This document shows, piece by piece, positions 15,935 to 21,002 of a DNA stretch of 21,002 nucleotides (position 1 is the first letter of the stretch; each line of letters begins with the position of its first letter). The stretch lies in the UHGV virus genome UHGV-0195968. One strand, written 5' to 3'. A program made the position numbers and the translations under genes. The DNA is from a virus. The notes under the pieces are model-generated. The model saw only the letters and a program-made list of their open reading frames with translations. It was not told the origin of the DNA and did no database searches.

Positions 15935-16645
15935 ATGCGCGACAAAACAGTCAGCGCCATACTGGCGCACGCGGCCGCATCGTGTCCAGACGAATGCTGT
16001 GGCGTTGTCATACAGAAGGGGCGAGTAGAGAAATACATCCCTTGCAGAAATCAGGCTGAATCCCCGACTGAGCAGTTTGAATTGTCTCCTGAAGATTATG
16101 CAGCGGCTGAAGAGCAGGGCACAGTAGTTGCTATCGTGCACAGCCATCCTGGTGACGGCGCGACAACCCAGCCCAGTGAACTCGACATGCTGATGTGCGA
16201 TGCCACTGAATTGCCCTGGGTAATTGCATCCTGGCCTGAAGGGGATATTCGTACCGTCATGCCTCGTGGTGATCGCCCGTTAACTGGTCGCCAGTTTGTG
16301 CTCGGTCACGCCGACTGCTGGTCTCTCATCATGGATTACTTCCGTACTGAGCACGGTATTACGTTACCGAATTACAGCGTGGATCGTCACTGGTGGGAGC
16401 AGGGCGAAAACCTCTACATGGACAACTGGTATGAGTGTGGATTCAGGGAGTTCGACGGGCCTTCCCAGCCAGGTGACATGGTGATCATGCAGGTACAGTC
16501 CGCAGTCCCAAACCACGCGGGTATTTTGCTTGAGGGTAATGTGCTCCTTCACCACATGTATGGCCAGCTAAGTCAGCGCATTCCATACGGTGGCTATTAT
16601 CGTGACCGTACCATCAAAATTCTGCGCTATAAGGATTTGATGTAA
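15935..16645 (+). CDS. K: Tail assembly protein K (lambda gpK-like; MPN/JAMM plus NlpC/P60 domains)
   Basis: 236 aa. JAMM-like VAIVHSHPGDGATTQPSELD, and an NlpC/P60-like Cys/His pair (GHADCWSL ... HAGILL). Confidence 0.85.
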   Translation: MRDKTVSAILAHAAASCPDECCGVVIQKGRVEKYIPCRNQAESPTEQFELSPEDYAAAEEQGTVVAIVHSHPGDGATTQPSELDMLMCDATELPWVIASWPEGDIRTVMPRGDRPLTGRQFVLGHADCWSLIMDYFRTEHGITLPNYSVDRHWWEQGENLYMDNWYECGFREFDGPSQPGDMVIMQVQSAVPNHAGILLEGNVLLHHMYGQLSQRIPYGGYYRDRTIKILRYKDLM

Positions 16646-17232
16646 TGGAAAGAAAAACCGTCATTAAACTCAGTGGTTCAATGGCTCAGCGATTTGGCAG
16701 GACCCACCGCCGCGCGTTAACGTCTGCCAGTGAGGTATTCAGGGCGCTATCTAACACAATTGATGGATTTGATGCCTACCTGCGTGAGACCAGAGCGAAG
16801 GGGCTGGACTTTGTCATCTTCCGAAACCAAATAAACATAGGAAAGGAAGAGTTTGATCTTCTTGGACCTGGCGATGAACTTCGCATTATCCCTGTAATAC
16901 GCGGCAGTAAAAGGGCTGGCCTCTTTCAAATTGTTACTGCCGCCGCAATTGCGGCTTTTACCTGGTGGAACCCAATAGGATGGGCAGCAGGTACACAAAT
17001 GGCGCTATATGCCGCAGCTGGTTCTATGGCTGTGGGTGGTGTAGTGCAAATGCTTTCCCCTCAGGTTGCTGGTCTGAGGATGCGACAGGACCCAGATAAT
17101 AAGCCTTCCTATGCGTTTGGCGGACCCGTCAATACTACGGCATCCGGTAACCCCGTTCCTTTGCTTTACGGACAGAGGGAAATAGGCGGTGCGATTATCT
17201 CAGCCGGGATTTATGCAGAAGATCAGCAATAA
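16645..17232 (+). CDS. I: Tail assembly protein I (lambda gpI-like)
   Basis: 195 aa. TAATG overlap with K. Glycine/alanine-rich hydrophobic C-terminal half. Position between K and J. Confidence 0.8.
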   Translation: MERKTVIKLSGSMAQRFGRTHRRALTSASEVFRALSNTIDGFDAYLRETRAKGLDFVIFRNQINIGKEEFDLLGPGDELRIIPVIRGSKRAGLFQIVTAAAIAAFTWWNPIGWAAGTQMALYAAAGSMAVGGVVQMLSPQVAGLRMRQDPDNKPSYAFGGPVNTTASGNPVPLLYGQREIGGAIISAGIYAEDQQ

Positions 17233-17249
17233 ACCAAACTACCCATTTC

Positions 17250-17276
17250 AAGCCACCTGACGGTGGCTTCTTTTAT
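17250..17276 (+). terminator. Intrinsic terminator-like hairpin between I and J
   Basis: AAGCCACC-TGAC-GGTGGCTT stem-loop followed by CTTTTAT. Confidence 0.45.
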
Positions 17277-17285
17277 GGACGCGAT

Positions 17286-20200
17286 ATGACGACGACGATC
17301 ATCAAAGGCCGCGGTAAAGGTGGCAGCAATCAGACCCGAACACCCGTTGAAGCACCGGACAGCATTCAGTCCATTGCAAGGGCAAAGGTGCTGATTGCGC
17401 TTGGAGAGGGTGAGTTCGCTGGCGGGCTTGATGGTAAAAACATTTTTCTTGGTGACTCATCTTCGTACACGCCTCTTCAGAACGCCGACGGAAGTTATAA
17501 CTTCAATAATGTGAAATATGAGTTCCGTTCCGGTACTCAGGACCAGGACTACATTCAGGGCTTCCCCGGCATTGAAAACGAACTTCAGGTTTCATACGAG
17601 CTGAAACAGGCTGTGCCGTATGTTCGGGCGGTATCCAACACGCAGCTCTCTGCGCTGCGAATTCGCCTGGGATGGCCAACTCTTTTACTCCAGAAAAACA
17701 ACGGTGATAAAGTCGGCACCCGCGTCGAGTATGCTATCGATCTGTCGGTCGATGGCGGGCCGTATGAAACGGTGGTTAACGGTGCTGTTGATGACAAAAC
17801 CACGTCGCTTTATGAGCGCAGTCACCGCGTCAATCTTCCGAAAGCCTCGACTGGATGGCAGTTGCGGGTTCGCAGAATCACGCCGGATTCCACGAGCGTG
17901 AATATCGTCGACACCATGCGCGTTGTGGCCGTTACTGAAATTATTGACGCCAAACTTCGCTACGTTAACACAGCGCTGCTGTATGTAGAGTTTGACGCAA
18001 AGCAGTTCCCTAATGGCATTCCTCAGGTTGTGTGCAATCCGAAAGGGCGAATCATCCGTGTACCTGATACTTATGATCCCGAAACCCGCACTTATTCTGG
18101 TACATGGGAGGGCGTATTTAAATGGGCGTGGACGGATAACCCTGCCTGGATTTATTACGACATCATTCTGAACGAGCGCTTCGGGCTGGGTCAAAGAATC
18201 GATGCGACTCAGATAGACAAATGGGAACTTTATCGCATCGCCCAGTATTGCGATCAACTGGTACCAGACGGCAAGGGCGGCAGCGGGACGGAGCCTCGTT
18301 TTCGTTGCAACGTTTATATCCAGGACCGTAATGACGCCTGGACCGTACTTCGTGACCTGGCGGGTATATTTCGCGGCATGACGTACTGGGGCGACAATAA
18401 GATGTATGTCCTGGCTGATATGCCACGGGATGTGTGGCACATCTATAACCACGCCAGCGTTGTTGAAGGAAAATTTACCTTTGCGGATCCGAGTGAAACC
18501 ACCCGAAACACTGCCGCGCTGGTGAACTGGTCAGACCCAGCCAACCACTATAAAGACACGCCTGAGCCTGTTTACGATAACGATCTGGCCATGCGCTTCG
18601 ATTATCGTCAGCTCGAAATGACTGCGATCGGCTGCACCAGGCAGTCAGAGGCAAACCGGCGGGGGCGCTGGGCGCTGCTCACTAACGGTATCGGCGAGGT
18701 GGTGACCTTCAGCACGGGCATGGACGTTCCCCCCGTTGGTGAGGTGATCGGCGTGGCAGCTAACGAGCTGGCCGGAAGAACTATCGGTGGCAGGGTGAGT
18801 GCGGTTAACGGCCGCAACATAACCCTCGATCGAGCCGCTGATGTGAAGGCCGGGAACCGGCTGTTTTTGAATCTTCCGTCAGGCACAGCTCAGGCCAGAA
18901 CGGTCCAGGCCGTTAACGGAAACACAGTCACTGTCACCACACCCTACAGCGAAACGCCGGAGGCTGAATGTAACTGGGGTGTGGACTCTGACGATCTGTT
19001 TATAGCGCTTTTCCGTGTTACGGGAACGCGGGACAACAACGACGGTACTTTCGAGGTCACCGGGACGACTTACAACCCTGATATCTATTCCGCTGTTGAT
19101 ACCGGCGCAAGACTGGACGAGCGGCCAGTCAGTGTCATTCCGCCAGGGGTTCAGGCTCCCCCAGGAAATATTGTCGTAGACAGTTACTCTACGGTTAACC
19201 AGAACATTGCGATTACCACTATGCGCGTTGCCTGGGATTCTGTTCAGGGTGCAGTTGCTTACGAGGCGGAATGGCGGCGTGACAGCGGCAACTGGATTAG
19301 TGTGCCCCGAACGTCTTCTCTCGGCTTTGAAGTGCAGGGCATCTACTCGGGTCGCTATCTGGTCCGTGTCAGGGCGGTGAACGCCAGCGACGTTTCATCA
19401 GTATGGGCGACATCATCAGAAGTAAATCTTACGGGTAAAGTGGGCAATCCGCCGAAACCGGTCGGCTTCATCGCTTCTGATAATGTGGTTTTCGGTATCG
19501 AGCTGAGCTGGGGATTCCCGGCGAACACCGACGACACGCTGAAGACGGAAATTCAGTACAGCCTGACCGGGACGGAAGACGATGCGATGCTGCTGGCAGA
19601 CGTACCCTATCCGCAGCGCAAGTATCAGCAGATGGGCCTTAAGGCAGGGCAAATTTTCTGGTACCGCGCGCAGCTGGTGGACCGCAGCGGAAACGAGTCA
19701 GGGTATACAGACTTTGTGCGCGGGCAGGCCAGCATCGATGTATCCGACATCACCGATGCAATCCTGGAGGACATGAAAGGCTCCGATACGTTCAAAGACC
19801 TGATCGAGAACGCGGTAGACAGCAATGAAAAAATTGCTGGCATGGCTGACGACATCAAACAGGCCAACGACGAACTGGCGCAACAGGCGCAGGAAATCGC
19901 CAAAAACGCCCAGGATATCGGGAAGGTTCAGACCAGCGTTACAAACCTGTCGAGCACGGTCGGAGATGTGTCTTCTTCTCTGAACGAACTTGAGCAGACA
20001 GTGGCGACTGCTGATACCGCACTGGGTCAGCGTATCGATAATATCAGCGTGTCTGTGGACGGCATGACGGGGGGAGTGAAGAACTCCGCTATCGCGATTA
20101 TTCAGGGCAACCTGGCGCAGGTGGCCGCGCGCAAAACGCTGTCTGCATCCGTCGCCGGTAACAGCGCGCAGCTGGACCGCATTGATGAGGTGATCGTCAA

Positions 20201-20843
20201 CGAGAAGGAGGCAACGGCGCGTTCGCTACTGAGTTTGCAGACTGACGTGAACGGCAACAAGGCATCCATCAACAGCCTGAACCAGACGTTCTCCGATTAT
20301 CAGCAGGCCACGGCCACGCAGATAAACGGTATCACGGCGACCGTCAACGGACACACATCAGCCATCACAACCAACGCTCAGGCCATAGCGAACGTTAATG
20401 GTGATCTGAAAGCGATGTATAACATCAAGGTTGGCGTCGCCAGCAATGGACAGTATTACGCCGCAGGGATGGGGATCGGCGTCGAGAACACGCCATCCGG
20501 CATGCAGTCACAGGTCATCTTCCTGGCTGACCGCTTCGCCGTAACGCACCAGGCCGGAGCCACGGTGACCCTTCCTTTCGTTATTCAGAACGGGCAGGTG
20601 TTCATCAGAGACGCGCTGATAGGTGATGGCACCATCAGCAACGCCAAGATCGGCAACTACATCCAGTCCAATAACTATGTCGCTGGCTCAGTCGGGTGGA
20701 GGCTGGATAAGGGCGGTACGTTTGAGAACTACGGTTCGACAGCTGGTGAGGGGGCGATGAAGCAGACTAATCAGACGATCAGTGTCAAGGATGCCAACAA
20801 TGTGTTGAGGGTGCAGATCGGGAGAATCACGGGAACATGGTAA
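17286..20843 (+). CDS. J: Central tail fiber / host specificity protein J (lambda gpJ-like)
   Basis: 1185 aa. Blocks align with lambda J as I recall it, for example RIIRVPDTYDPETRTYSGTWEGVF, YRIAQYCDQLVPDGKGGSGTEPRFRCNVY and YYAAGMGIGVE. Fibronectin-III-like segment (AWDSVQGAVAYEAEWRRDSGNW...). Confidence 0.9.
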   Translation: MTTTIIKGRGKGGSNQTRTPVEAPDSIQSIARAKVLIALGEGEFAGGLDGKNIFLGDSSSYTPLQNADGSYNFNNVKYEFRSGTQDQDYIQGFPGIENELQVSYELKQAVPYVRAVSNTQLSALRIRLGWPTLLLQKNNGDKVGTRVEYAIDLSVDGGPYETVVNGAVDDKTTSLYERSHRVNLPKASTGWQLRVRRITPDSTSVNIVDTMRVVAVTEIIDAKLRYVNTALLYVEFDAKQFPNGIPQVVCNPKGRIIRVPDTYDPETRTYSGTWEGVFKWAWTDNPAWIYYDIILNERFGLGQRIDATQIDKWELYRIAQYCDQLVPDGKGGSGTEPRFRCNVYIQDRNDAWTVLRDLAGIFRGMTYWGDNKMYVLADMPRDVWHIYNHASVVEGKFTFADPSETTRNTAALVNWSDPANHYKDTPEPVYDNDLAMRFDYRQLEMTAIGCTRQSEANRRGRWALLTNGIGEVVTFSTGMDVPPVGEVIGVAANELAGRTIGGRVSAVNGRNITLDRAADVKAGNRLFLNLPSGTAQARTVQAVNGNTVTVTTPYSETPEAECNWGVDSDDLFIALFRVTGTRDNNDGTFEVTGTTYNPDIYSAVDTGARLDERPVSVIPPGVQAPPGNIVVDSYSTVNQNIAITTMRVAWDSVQGAVAYEAEWRRDSGNWISVPRTSSLGFEVQGIYSGRYLVRVRAVNASDVSSVWATSSEVNLTGKVGNPPKPVGFIASDNVVFGIELSWGFPANTDDTLKTEIQYSLTGTEDDAMLLADVPYPQRKYQQMGLKAGQIFWYRAQLVDRSGNESGYTDFVRGQASIDVSDITDAILEDMKGSDTFKDLIENAVDSNEKIAGMADDIKQANDELAQQAQEIAKNAQDIGKVQTSVTNLSSTVGDVSSSLNELEQTVATADTALGQRIDNISVSVDGMTGGVKNSAIAIIQGNLAQVAARKTLSASVAGNSAQLDRIDEVIVNEKEATARSLLSLQTDVNGNKASINSLNQTFSDYQQATATQINGITATVNGHTSAITTNAQAIANVNGDLKAMYNIKVGVASNGQYYAAGMGIGVENTPSGMQSQVIFLADRFAVTHQAGATVTLPFVIQNGQVFIRDALIGDGTISNAKIGNYIQSNNYVAGSVGWRLDKGGTFENYGSTAGEGAMKQTNQTISVKDANNVLRVQIGRITGTW

Positions 20844-20844
20844 C

Positions 20845-20872
20845 GGGAGGCCTCTTACGGGGCCTCTTTTTT
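20845..20872 (+). terminator. Intrinsic terminator after J
   Basis: GGGAGGCCTC-TTAC-GGGGCCTC hairpin followed by TTTTTT, directly after the J stop. Confidence 0.6.
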
Positions 20873-20884
20873 CAGGAGGACTGG

Positions 20885-21002
20885 ATGGCGGAATATGGAG
20901 TTCAGACATGGGACGCCTCAGGCAAGGTAAACAACTATGGCGTTAAGCCTGTCAGCGTTTGTGGCTATCTCCAGCTGGCCCAGAACCAGAAAACAGGCTC
21001 TT
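20885..21002 (+). CDS. 5' end of a downstream ORF (product unknown; runs off the window)
   Basis: ATG at 20885 with RBS AGGAGGA 5 nt upstream. Open to the window end (MAEYGVQTWDASGKVNNYGVKPVSVCGYLQLAQNQKTGS...). No signal peptide, so not Lom-like. Confidence 0.4.
   Translation, partial: MAEYGVQTWDASGKVNNYGVKPVSVCGYLQLAQNQKTGS

Noticed and set aside
17685-18452. 255-aa minus-strand ORF
   Set aside because: Antisense to the conserved N-terminal part of J. No start context and no motif, so treated as spurious.
1-21002. CRISPR arrays, tRNA or rRNA genes, integrase, transposase or IS elements, attachment sites
   Set aside because: No spacer-repeat periodicity, no tRNA-like cloverleaf candidates, and no recombinase-like ORFs were noticed by eye. 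The window appears to lie wholly within the phage late region.

Overview
This ~21 kb window reads as one continuous stretch of the late (morphogenesis) operon of a lambdoid, HK97-like siphovirus prophage, with every supported gene on the + strand. All calls are from reading the sequence and ORF track by eye; no database search or computation was run. Gene order: the 3' end of an upstream gene (3..146); an accessory cluster of two predicted soluble glycosyltransferase genes (158..1615 and 2112..2702) split by a low-GC HNH-AP2 homing-endonuclease-like gene (1622..2131); a packaging-associated HNH endonuclease; a small ORF; a ~180 bp non-coding region with repeats that is the likely cos/packaging site; terminase small and large subunits; portal; prohead protease; HK97-type major capsid protein; four head-tail joining genes; major tail tube protein; G and G-T tail assembly chaperones with a candidate -1 frameshift site; an AT-rich moron encoding a 62-aa single-pass membrane protein; tape measure protein; lambda-like tail tip genes M, L, K, I and J; and the start of a further gene. 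Five intrinsic-terminator-like hairpins punctuate the operon. No rRNA, tRNA, CRISPR array, integrase or transposase is visible. The two most interesting items are the glycosyltransferase / homing endonuclease / glycosyltransferase cluster upstream of the packaging genes and the AT-rich membrane-protein moron between the G-T genes and the tape measure gene.
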